This document shows, piece after piece, positions 52,931 to 64,000 of a stretch of DNA of 64,000 nucleotides. The notes beneath the pieces are model-generated. The model was not told the DNA's origin. It saw only the letters and a list, made by a program, of their open reading frames with translations, and searched no databases. Where the stretch lies: assembly GCF_009914755.1 (NCBI RefSeq), contig NC_060947.1. One strand, 5' to 3'. How positions within the stretch are numbered: position 1 is the stretch's first letter; each line of letters begins with the position of its first letter. A program made the position numbers and the translations under genes. Source of the stretch: the human T2T-CHM13v2.0 reference genome, Homo sapiens.

Positions 52931-53179
52931 ACCTATGTCTATTATTACCAAATACTTTTCTACATTCTTTCTTTTATGTAAAAAAAAGAACCATTCTACA
53001 AAATGTAAACAATGATATCATTTTGGCAAATTTTACATATCTCCTTTGTTATGCCAAATATACCAATTTCCTCATAGATATTAAATTAGTCACAATGGGT
53101 TCCTGCAATCTCCAGAAGATATAATCTGCAGCTTGTTAAACATCCACTAGTGCAGGGACATTGGGAAGCAATATATCGT

Positions 53180-53723
53180 ATCTGTCATAATTCTTATCTG
53201 CTAGTAATAGTAATGAACTGTAGCTATCCTAGGAAATAAAAAGGATTTGTTGGAAGGTTATAATGGGTACTATTACATTGGCTGAGAAAACAGACTTCTA
53301 AGACTGGAAGGAACAAATGAGCTTTGGAGGGATAAGAAGCAAAACAAACAAACAAATAAATAAATAAAATTAATAACCTTTTAGCCAGAACGACCTGGCC
53401 AGGACAGAGCCACCAATATTTTTAGGCCTCCACCTCCTCTACGCACTACCATTATTACCGCTGGACATGGTAACAACTGCGCCAAATCAATTCTAATCAT
53501 TATTCCATCCTTGTGTTATGCAATTTAGATTCATAGTCTGGGCTGATAGCATCTGATTAGCTGAGCCTGGCTTATATACCCATTATCTGGCTGCCAGAAG
53601 GCAAGGAAAGGAGCCTCCAGTCTTTGATTTTTGTATGAAAGGTGGGTACTGTGTTCAATTAGTACATTACACAGTGAAGAATTGGATGATGAACAGCCAA
53701 AAACACACAGCAAATTTCCACTA
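53180..53723 (-). mobile_element. Old MLT1-type LTR
   Basis: aaaaggatttgttggaagg...catctgattagctgagcctgg...aacagccaaaaac...atttccacta. Confidence 0.45.
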
Positions 53724-53969
53724 TGCCGATTCAGGTGGCCCAGAATCCTTTCTCCTAGTGGCCTATATATAAAAGATTTGGTTACCCCATAAATTCCTGG
53801 GTATAATTAAAAAATTGGAGATACACCACTTTGTACACACTGCTTTTTGCAGTGGTTTCCTAGAACTGCTTGTTAATCAAAGGGCATTACTCTTGTGTTG
53901 GCATATACATCAATGAGATTTTATGCTTAAACATACACTTGGAAAACAAGACAACATTTAACACTTCAA

Positions 53970-53974
<5 letters not shown>

Positions 53975-54007
<33 letters not shown>

Positions 54008-54026
54008 ATATATAATATATATATGT
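53975..54026. repeat. (TG)n/(TA)n microsatellite
   Basis: Direct reading. Confidence 0.95.
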
Positions 54027-56084
54027 GTTCCAAATTTCCCTTTCACATGTTTTCAATTGTTCTTTTCATATCAATTGAACACAAATGACATTTACCAGCC
54101 TTCATCAGCCTGTATCTCAAAATGTTGGCATTATTTATATGTTCATAAGGGCTTTCAAAGACCATTACTGACACTCAACACACAACCACCTTTTCATCTT
54201 TACCATAGTTCATCTTAAGTGGAGGAAACAATCTTGTTTTACTTACACACTTTTCTGCTGCTATCTTAAATGTTCATAGGAATCAAAATTATAGCTAAGA
54301 ATTAAGGTATTTATAGACATACATGAAACTTTAGAATATAGGCAGATAGTATAGCACATAGAATATCAATTCAGTACTTAGAAAAGATTTGGGTATCTAC
54401 TATGAAGTGTCTAGAAACATACAATAGTATTTGTAGTATGTCATTCCTCACTGATTTGAAAAGTAAAACAATTTCTAATGTTTATATTACATGATTTGTT
54501 AATAGTATGCCTGGATTGTAAATAATACATCTCCTGAGACCAGCATGGAGAACCAAGATGCGTATTTTTTTAAAATAAAGAATGGTGAGAACTACAAAGT
54601 GATTGGCTCACTTTTGGTAATTCACTTATTAAAATAATACCAAACAATATCTAAGAAAATACACTAAATACTATGAATATGCTAGGTAGGTTGGAATTAT
54701 AGTACCCACTCACCACCTGCCAATGCATGATGGATCTGATTAGCATAGATGAAATGCCAAACTCTCAAAGAGGAATACTGAAGAGAGAGAAGACACTCAG
54801 GCGCTTGGGACTGGCTTCACTGTACCATTTTTGCTTTTGTTGTGACCAGAGCCACTGAAAAACAAACCATCAAAAATATTTCAACTTGGCATTTGTATTC
54901 AGAATAATTTAAATGGACAAAGATAAACTTGCATGCAAAGCTGATTTGTTTATTTCTTTGCTATTTGTCTGCATCCTCCTTTTAAAAATGAAAGATATTA
55001 ATTAAAAAGAGGTATGTGGAACCTATCAAGGCACAATATTTCAGCAAAATGCAGCCCTACTTTCTAAGTATTATAGACAGTAATCGTTCTGTGTACACGA
55101 ATAGGTATTCAAGTTGACTAATAATAAATAGGATTAGAAAACAGGGGTCCTACAATATTCCTGATAGAAAATTAGATACGTAGATAATTTTTTCTTCCTT
55201 TTAGACTCATAAGCATCTCCTTATCAAGTCTAAAGGAAAGAAGAGAAGGCAATGAAGGTAAATACAGGGCAGCTTTTTCAGTCTGATAAGAAAAATAACA
55301 TTTTGGGAAAGAGTAAGACTACTCTTTATTTTTTAAAATGCTGCATTATATATTGCTCCAGAGTATCATGGGGACTGTATTACATTTAATTTAGTTTTAT
55401 TTATTCTTGGCCCTTACAACATAAAAGTTGACTTTTTCAAAAGTCATAAGGAAGTATATTCATTGATTTCTCAAAACTAGTATATCTAAAAACAAAAGAT
55501 GATACTGCAGCCCACATATAAGGGTGAATGAAATAGCAAAGCAGTAGAAAAGCAGCAAGTGAAAACCATATGTGATGCATTTGTGGAAAATATATGATCA
55601 TAGCAGACAGGACACATTCATAGAGAAAGGGACTTTTAAATAACAAAGTTTTGAGACACTACTCAATGAAAAAAAATTAAAGTTTTTTTGCCTAAAATCA
55701 TGGAGCTTTACAGATTCAACTCCCATCACAAATGCATAGGCATTTTTAAAAAGGGCATTGGCAGAACAAACTCACGTTGGAAGGAAGCTGTGCACCTGGC
55801 TTTCCTTATTATATAGATGTGTGCAATGTCCAATAGAAAAACAAGTCTAGATTTTTAAATTCTGGTTAATATTTGTTTGTGATTCATTTCAAAGACTGAA
55901 ATGTGAGTGATTATAGAACAAAGACAGAAACATCTTTGTAGGTATCAGATTAATATTAGCCAAGATATGATACGAAGGTCAGGACCTATTTGATGCAAAG
56001 TGTGAAGCAACATGGTCAAACACAGATGTAAAACTCTGTGTGATATAAAACCAAACCTACAAAAAAGAATATTTTACCAGAACC

Positions 56085-56240
56085 ACTCATTTATTTACCC
56101 AGCGTTTATTGAATGAACACCTTTGATAGACCAGGCAGTGTGGGGTTACAAAAGTAAACAAGAAGCATCCCTGACCTCCTAGAACTCAAGGTGAGAGGGG
56201 CAGACATGTAAACCAATAATTAGAGCACAACTTGACAAGA
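56085..56240 (-). mobile_element. L2 3' tail
   Basis: tcatttatttacccagcgtttattgaatg...ccaggcagtgtg...atccctgacctc. Confidence 0.6.
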
Positions 56241-56575
56241 TACTCCCCCTTACTGCTCCCAGTTAATTAATCCTCCAGTGATAATGGATTGATAAGTAAC
56301 ACCAGGTAAGATTATTTGTAGTTGTATGCATGTGAATGGTCTATTTTAAACTTTAAAGAAGAAAAAATACCACATCTGCCTCCAGAACTAATCTTCTGTT
56401 ACTGGCATAAATTCTAATTCAGAAACTATGTGAAACAGATTTTCTTCTTCCAAAGCAAGAGATCTCTTGTATCAAGGTCATATTTAATTCTTTTGACAGG
56501 ATATTCTGTCAGGTATCAAGCTAAAATAGAAGCCAAAGAAGCCAGATTTCATCCTAATTTCAGGAAAACAAACAA

Positions 56576-56666
56576 ATATATATATATATATTTGTTTGTT
56601 TGTTATATATATATTTGTTTGTTATATATATATGTGGTGTGTATGTGTGTGTGTGTGTGTGTGTAT
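56576..56666. repeat. Compound TA/TTTG/TG simple repeat
   Basis: Direct reading. Confidence 0.9.
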
Positions 56667-58654
56667 CCAAAATAAATCAGGAAAAATGTAAAAGAAAGAA
56701 ATAAATAGTGAAAACTAATAGGAAATATATTTTAAAATTTCCAATCATTAGCAACATCTTGTCAGTTACAGACAGAAGGGGCTGCCTATAGAAGAGCTGA
56801 ATCAGGCATCAGGAAGGGGATTGAAACCATCAAGTTCATATTAAATAATGCGTGGTGGCAACCCCAGGAGGCTGGCATCTGGAGGCAGCCAGAATGAGTT
56901 TTTAAATTACTTTTATTGGAACTCCTCAGCTGCAGGTAATGGCTTAAGGGCTGCAGAATATGCAGATTTGAAAGAAATGCAATCTTACTATTTCATAGCT
57001 TTGTCTCCCCTGACTCCCTGGCAGAAATCTTTGAGAATGTTTCTGCCACCTGCACGCCCAGCACATTTTCTTATCTTTCACACATTTTCTTCTCTTCTTC
57101 CCAGTATCACTAGATCTTGGAAATGTAAACTTCGACTTGTGGCTATCCTATACTACCCTTCTTCATTTACACAAAATTTTGCAATTATACAAAATAGCAC
57201 TTCAATAGTACATAATATACCTGCAGGAGCATAGTATTTCTTAAACACTCAAAGAGCTATCTTTCATGGAAAATACCTTAGGTTCAACTGTCATAAGTTC
57301 TATCATTAAAATAATAAGGAAACGAATTATGTACGTAAAATTTTTAAAAATGCAAAAAAGTTTATGCAAAATAATGACCTGTTTGTCTTGATTATTATAA
57401 TGAAAACATTAAACTCAGCTACATGTGCTGCTGCTCTAATTGTCAGATATCTCACAATTGCTCTTGTCTTAGAACTACTCATCTACTGTCCTGTTTCTAT
57501 GATATCTATGAAGAGGTAGAAGGCATACTGAATAAGGAAAAATAATGACAATAGAAAATCCCTGCTGCAGAACCATCTGGATCACCCCAGTAACTTTGGC
57601 ATCTCCAGTGTTATGTCAACATAAGGGAAAGGGTCCTTTCACCATCTTTGCCACCCCAGCCTTGGAGGCCAACTCCCAAATGACAGTTTACTTGGAATTT
57701 TGTCTAAAAACTGTGTCCCAGAACACATTTTCATCCGTCCATGCCTAGGGAAAGATATTTTTTTTTAAATCTGGAGAAAAATTAGAAAATCAGGACTAAG
57801 TGAAATAGATTTCTTTTTTTAGTAAATGTATCCAATAAGTAGATAATCTGTCCTTGAATTAGGATGGACCACAATTTACCTCTTTTCTGAATTGGTTTAT
57901 AACTTGTTTTACAATACTTATGGTCTTGCAAAAAGAAAGAAATTTGGTCTAGTGCTATGTTTCAGTTAGTAAGAAATTCATGATGTATTTAAAATGATAG
58001 CAGAGTACACAGCCTATAATTACTGGTTGTTATCTCCCACCCAAAACTCAAAATCTGAAAGATAAGCACAATGGGGAAGTTTATTTTAACATCATCAGTA
58101 GCAGCTACAGCAACAGCATCACAAACACCTGGGTAGTACAATAGTTTATGTAGCACATTAATATCATGATATATATTAAGCTTCCTAAAATTTTATGAAT
58201 TGACAGGGAAGGCATTATCTTTAGCATTTCTAGAAATGAAGCTCTGACAAACTATACATGTAATATTTGTCTATTTTTTTCTACCAGGTTGCTTCTCACA
58301 AGTACATAAAACATAGTAATCAATTACAAAAGCATTTTGTAGAAAAAAGTTGAGTCAGGGCTTTGCACCAATGTGTAACATGATAATTCATGACCAGAGA
58401 TAAACCTTGCTTATCTAGTCATGACATAGATGAGTGATACACTTTTGATTAAGAGAGATTCGAATTCTTCATGGAAAAATGTGAAGGCCCAAGCTTTCAC
58501 GGAGCCGTTTTGCCACATTGTGTTCAGTTAAGCAATAAGCTTCTTCTATTATATTGGAAGAGTAGGGGTTTTCCAGGGAATAAAAGTGATACAGTGGAAA
58601 GAAGAAAAGCTCCAGGTAAAGTAATAATTTGGGCCTTAAACATTTGCCTGGAGA

Positions 58655-58990
58655 TACTATCAAAAGAATGATAGTTAGTAGAGACTAGGAAGGGTGTGTA
58701 TGTAAGTGAGGGATAAAGGGAGGTTGGTTAATGGATACAAACATGCATTTAGACAGAAGGAGTAAGTTCCACTGTTCACTAGCATAGAAGGGTGACTATA
58801 GCTAGCAACAAGATATTATATATTTCAAAATAGCTAGAAAATTTGAAATGTTCCCAACACAAAGAACTGATAAATGTTTGAGGTGTTAGCTATCCTAAAT
58901 ACCCGGATTTGATCATGACATTCTACACATGTATCAAAATACCATATGTATCCCATAAATATGTACAAATATTATGAATCAATAAAAAGT
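58655..58990 (+). mobile_element. L1MA 3' end
   Basis: ggttggttaatggatacaaa...gaaatgttcccaacacaaaga...tgataaatgtttgagg...cccataaatatgtacaa...aataaaaa. Confidence 0.85.
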
Positions 58991-59090
58991 AAATATCTGT
59001 TACTCATTTACACTTAATCTAAAAACAATTAACTTTTCTCTGGAAAAAGCATCTTCTTTAACTGAGCACACAACTTACAGATAGATGTAC

Positions 59091-59580
59091 ATGTGCATCA
59101 ATCAGAATCTGGGCATAAAACCAGTCAGATCACATGAACTGGATATTCTGAGGAGAGTTTGAAAGAGGGAGTAGTTCCAAAGATATGAGCAGTGTATGGG
59201 GAATACCACAAGAAAGTATAAGGCAAAATCTTGGAGCTAGTAAGAGGTGAAGAGAGCCACTTTTAGGTCTAAATAGGCCAGAGAAGTGGATGATGACAAC
59301 AACATTGAGATGAAGTGGCTATGAGGCCTCTTGACAAGATGCAGCTAGTCCATGTTGACCACACAGAAAAGGAGGATGAAGAATAACTAACCTAACCTCA
59401 CTGTCTTCCCTTCATCTGATAGAACTTCTTCCAGTCTTCCCCATTGTCCTAATCTAAAATGAAGCCAGAAGGCAGACAAGTCCTTTAATGTAATCATAAA
59501 GATCAGACTTCCAAGGCACAAGGCAAGGTATAGAGGGATGGAATGGGAATCTGGAGACAAAATGAAGGTTCTAAGTATAT
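59091..59580 (-). mobile_element. ERVL LTR (LTR33-like)
   Basis: ccccattg...gaagccagaaggca...atctggagacaaaatgaag resembles recalled LTR33. Confidence 0.5.
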
Positions 59581-60064
59581 CGAGGGTTAGAAACTGGCAA
59601 AAAAGGGAAAGGACAAATGTCACCAGCCAGGCCAACCGTATTAACTGTGACAGGTAAACTTAGGCTCAATGAAGTTAAGTGACTTGTCCCACTGAGTAAA
59701 TGGCAGTCCTGGAATTATAACCAAGATTTTTATTTCCAAACTTGATTGTTAGTTTATTTCAATAAAGCTACCCATTTATTGGCTTTTAAATGGTTTCTAA
59801 ATGTAGCTGACTAAAAGTTAAGTTAATGAGAGCCAAAACACTATGTAAATCCTCCTGGAACATCTCTTTATAATAGAAATGATAACTATACAAACATAAA
59901 GGCAGCAATTTCTAGAGTATTCATCACTTATTTTCCCAAAGTGTTAATCAAAATATATAAAAACAATGCTGTAAATTGCTCTTAGATCCCCCTCTGTCAA
60001 CTTGTGAAAGGATATTTAATCCATCATAGCCATCAAATAATGTACCTACTATTGAAGCAATATA

Positions 60065-60310
60065 AGGAACTCAGTAATTAAAGGCCTGGGATTTGGAGTT
60101 CGACAGACCTGGGTTTGAAATCCTACTTAACTGCTAATTTACCATGTGGTTTTTGACAAGTTACCTAACTTCTCTAAGCTCTATTTTCACGTCTATGAGT
60201 TAGGAATAATTATAGCAACTATTTCATACAGCTGTGATAAATTATTTCAGATAGTGTTTTCAGTGCATAAAATGCCCTCAATCAAGTTTAACTGTCAGTG
60301 GTATTCTTAA
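60065..60310 (+). mobile_element. MIR
   Basis: ttggagttcgacagacctgggtttgaaatcc...caagttacctaacttctctaagctc. Confidence 0.75.
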
Positions 60311-60899
60311 TAGTAGCTCAATTATATCTAATCACTTTGTACATCTAAATGAAAGATGACATCTCCCTAGGGAAACTCCTTCCCAAATACCACTCTTATG
60401 AGGACTCAAAGATCCATATTGAGATTCTCCAATAAATACATGACCATATGTGTACTTATAGTTTATCTGTAAGTCAAGTCTCTATCACTCCATCTGTCTA
60501 TACTAGCAATGAAAATAAGACAACCTATCTCCATGATGTGTCAAGAAAGCAGGACAATTGTATTAAACTTTTGTAGTATGTAGGATGGGCCACCCAAGAC
60601 ATAATCACTTTGTCCCAGAAAGTAGTTTTTCTGCATGTGGTATTTTGTTTTGTACTTTCATGTTTTATTTTTTAATTGATAAGTAAAAATTGTATATATT
60701 TTGCACATGATATTTTTTATGTTTCCTGCAGTAGTGATGAGCTTCGTTCACAGCAACTAAATATTGGAGCAAAATGTTTGAATCTGTGATTCTCTATAGT
60801 CACTGTCATTCAAAAGGAAATTCCAGTTAGTGATTCAAATAGGCGATCTCTAATATTTAGTACTTTACTGAGCTCATATCTAATCCCTTTTAGTTGTAA

Positions 60900-61690
60900 A
60901 GTACAACTATCAGAATTTTTTTTACTATTTGAGGAAAAAAATTAGTTTCTATTCACCCAGAAGGGCTGATTACTCTCATCAAATACTCTGGCTTATGAAT
61001 AATGTATGTATGTAGGTAGGTATTATATGTATGTATATACTAAGTTTGTATGTGTATGTGTGGTAAAACCCAGACTCCCACAGCTCAAGTTCTTTCATTC
61101 CTACCCCCTAAAGGAAAGCCTTGCTACCAGTTTGGTTTTTGTCCTTCTTGTTTTTTCTCTATGATTTTATAGGCATAAAATATATTTATATTGGCATTAA
61201 TATAAACATAGACATGTTTAGCTATAGATATGTAAGAATATTTGTTTTATTTACAAAAATAGGATCATATTATAATTTTCATTTCCCATTTAACAATAAG
61301 ATGTAGACAGCAAGATCTACATACATAGATCCAGATCAGCACATATAGCTCTATTTCACTCTAAGGGCATGGTACATGGTATTCCACTGAATAGCTGTAT
61401 CATTCTTCTATTAAGGGACATTTAAGTTCTTATAGTTTTTGGGTTTTTTTGTTTTATTTTGTTTTGCTATTACAAACAATATTCCAGTAGCTTCCTTTGT
61501 ACATAAGTATTTTTACTTATCTGTTTTGCTATAATTTTTGTCTAAATAGAATCTTATAGGTAAAACTTCTGAGTTATTGCATAGTATATTTTAAATGTTA
61601 ATAAATACTTCTCAATTGCCTTCTAAAAGTTTGTTCCAATTTACATGCCCTCCCTGACAACAGTATGTGAGAATATTCTGATACTTTACT
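60900..61690 (-). mobile_element. Ancient L1ME fragments
   Basis: ggtattccactgaata...gggacatttaag...gctattacaaacaat...ccaatttacat...aacagtatgtgaga. Confidence 0.6.
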
Positions 61691-63079
61691 GGATTAGAAA
61701 ATATTTCCATTACCTCAGAGATTACACTTGTGAGGATATAATCTCTGTTCATGGAGTAAACAGTGTATGTGTGTGTGCTTGTGTGTGTGCATTCGTGTGC
61801 GTGCGTGTGTGTGTAGGTTTGGTCATATTTTAAATGTGTTGGGAGTATGGTCTATCTCTAACTCAAATGGTGTCAACCCCATAGTGACAAGCATTCTGTG
61901 GCGTCATGCATTCCATGGACAGCTCAGCAACTGTTTCCCTTGATGTTGAAAACAGCATTCTGCCAGAGTCTGTGCTGACAGACAACATTAGTCATCCAGT
62001 CTTTTCCACAGGGCTGAATTGTTTGTTGAAAAAAGCCATTAGGAGTAATAAAGCAATGTGAGACTAAGATAATTTTTCTTGAGTTTGCTAATGCTAAACA
62101 AACACATACCCTGTCAAGGCAGCCAGTAAGCAGTATGAGGCCTGCTGCTTACCTGTGCTCACAGGTGGCAGCAAAATCAATTAGCTGCTTCTACCCATGG
62201 CAAGTCAGTGATATTGATCCACTTTATAAAGCTACATGACATTAAATTGTTTTTTTTTGTAAAAAGGCATCTTTCATTCTGTATTTTTCACAGAACTTCT
62301 CACAACTAACTCAGCTCTCTATGCCTCTTCGTACTAAAAGAAACTTGATAAATAGCCTAATTTTCTCTAAGGTTCCCAAAAGACTTTTATCAAAACTATC
62401 TCACATCTCACCATACCTGAGATCCATATGCAAATAATGTGCTGATCTTGGAGAAATTATATAAGACCAAAAAGACCAGATGTCACCCTCATCTTTAAAA
62501 TGAGGCAAAATATGCATGATATCATTTAGTATCTTTATATCAGCATCTTTAAAAATTTTCAAAAAGTTGTACACAACTGAAATATGCAGAAGTTATTGGT
62601 AGAATAAATTATGGCACAGGCTAAGAGTGGAATATTTTGCAGTCATTATTAGTAAAAAGTGATATTTTGGAAGAGTATCTTATGAAATGGAGACTTATTC
62701 ATGGTAGGCTCTTTAGTTTACAAAAGAAGTGTGTTGAAATGCAATATGTATAGTAGGATTTAATCCTGTACAACAAAATGTATTTAAATAACGAGAAATA
62801 CCACTGTATATCAACAGATTGTTGCTGGGTAGTAGTATTGTGAGAGGTTTATATTTTCTTCCTTAAGTTTTTCCACATATTCTAAAATAAGTAGTACCAA
62901 ATGTGCTTTATATAACACATAAGGAAGAACGTTTTAACCATCAAATGACGAGACGTTGGTATAGGTTATCAAAGAAAGTTATAAAGCTTCCATTATAGGG
63001 AAGGAGTGTTGAAGAAGATAATATATTTAAGCACATGTTCTTAACTATTTGCAGATAACTTGAACCTGATTATTTAGAT

Positions 63080-63725
63080 AAACTTTGGCATCAGATCTCG
63101 GTACAAATTCAAGCTCTGCTTCTTACAAGCTAAATTATTCTGAAATTATTCTGGAGCAGTTGTATCACCAGTTTGAGCCACAGTTTTCTTGTATCTATTA
63201 AATGAGTATAATAAAAGCATTCCTGTAGAGCTTCTGTGGGAATAAACATAATGTAAGTAAAATTAGTATGTAACACATACCTGGTACATACTAAGTATGG
63301 CAGAGCTGGGATCTCTGTTCACCAAATCCATTTCCCTATCCTCCTAGGCAGACATCTAGTCTATATTTCTCAGCCTCAAATTACAGTGAAGGATGATAAT
63401 TTTATGAAGTCGTGGCTATTGTAATGTAGGTAGATATAATGTATGCCAATTCCAGGTCTGGCCTATAAAGACCTCTTGCGAAATCCTTCATTCTTTCCGT
63501 AGCTGCTAAGTGGAAGTCACTGCCACTAGGTGAAGGTGGAAGAGCTCCCAATAACCTGGGTTTTAAAATTACTAGATCAAGGATTCTCTAATTCCTTCAC
63601 CTATTGAACTTTACAAGAGCAACAAATTCTATTGTGTGAAGCCATTGGAACTCTTAAATTTATTTGTTATAGCAGTTAGTGTTATTTTAACTAATAGAGT
63701 GCTCAATAAATAGTAACTGTAACCA
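63080..63725 (+). mobile_element. MIR interrupted by an MLT1 LTR
   Basis: MIR body to ...ctggtacatactaag resumes as gtgctcaataaatag at ~63700. Confidence 0.6.
63296..63699 (+). mobile_element. MLT1 (J-like) LTR
   Basis: tatggcagag...ccaggtctggcctataaa...ttctattgtgtgaagccattgg...ttgttatagcagttag...actaataga. Confidence 0.6.
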
Positions 63726-64000
63726 CTACTAATATCTCCCCTAATTTTAAGATTTCCCTACTTACAACTGCTTTAAAATACAAAGGAGTGGGGTGGGCGT
63801 AGGGGCCAAAATTTAAAAGATAGTTGGTAATAAAGCTGGGACGGGATTTATGGTGACTGGCATGCCACCTGATTCTAAAAATAGGACTGTATTTCAGAAG
63901 AAGGAAAAGGTTATATAGAAATATGATCTAGTGAAGCAACTGCTTCAGAGAAGGTGCATGACATCATAGCCATATCCACCCTAAGGTCTGCACAAACCTC

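Noticed and set aside
56848-57234. 128-aa plus-strand ORF
   Set aside because: No recognisable homology; length is compatible with chance

Overview
AT-rich, CpG-poor primate (human-like) genomic DNA, either a large intron or an intergenic stretch. It is dominated by interspersed repeats: about 12 primate L1PA insertions, older L1M/L2/MIR relics, solo LTRs (MLT2A, MER9/HML-3, MLT1, MST, LTR33-like), DNA transposon relics (MER58A, MER5, Tigger3) and microsatellites. I saw no Alu, CpG island, intact ORF or recognisable multi-exon gene. The longer ORFs are decayed L1 ORF2 fragments or noise. The most notable structure is retrotransposition archaeology: four 5'-inverted (twin-primed) L1s, three of them within 7 kb; a three-layer nested insertion; a probable L1 3' transduction; an L1 with 5'UTR fused to late ORF2; and locally templated insertions. 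Two frame-preserving microexon candidates lie on the + strand (136-174 and 35670-35687). Repeat family names come from recalled consensus features, not a database search, so subfamily calls are approximate. I found no convincing previously undescribed biological system.
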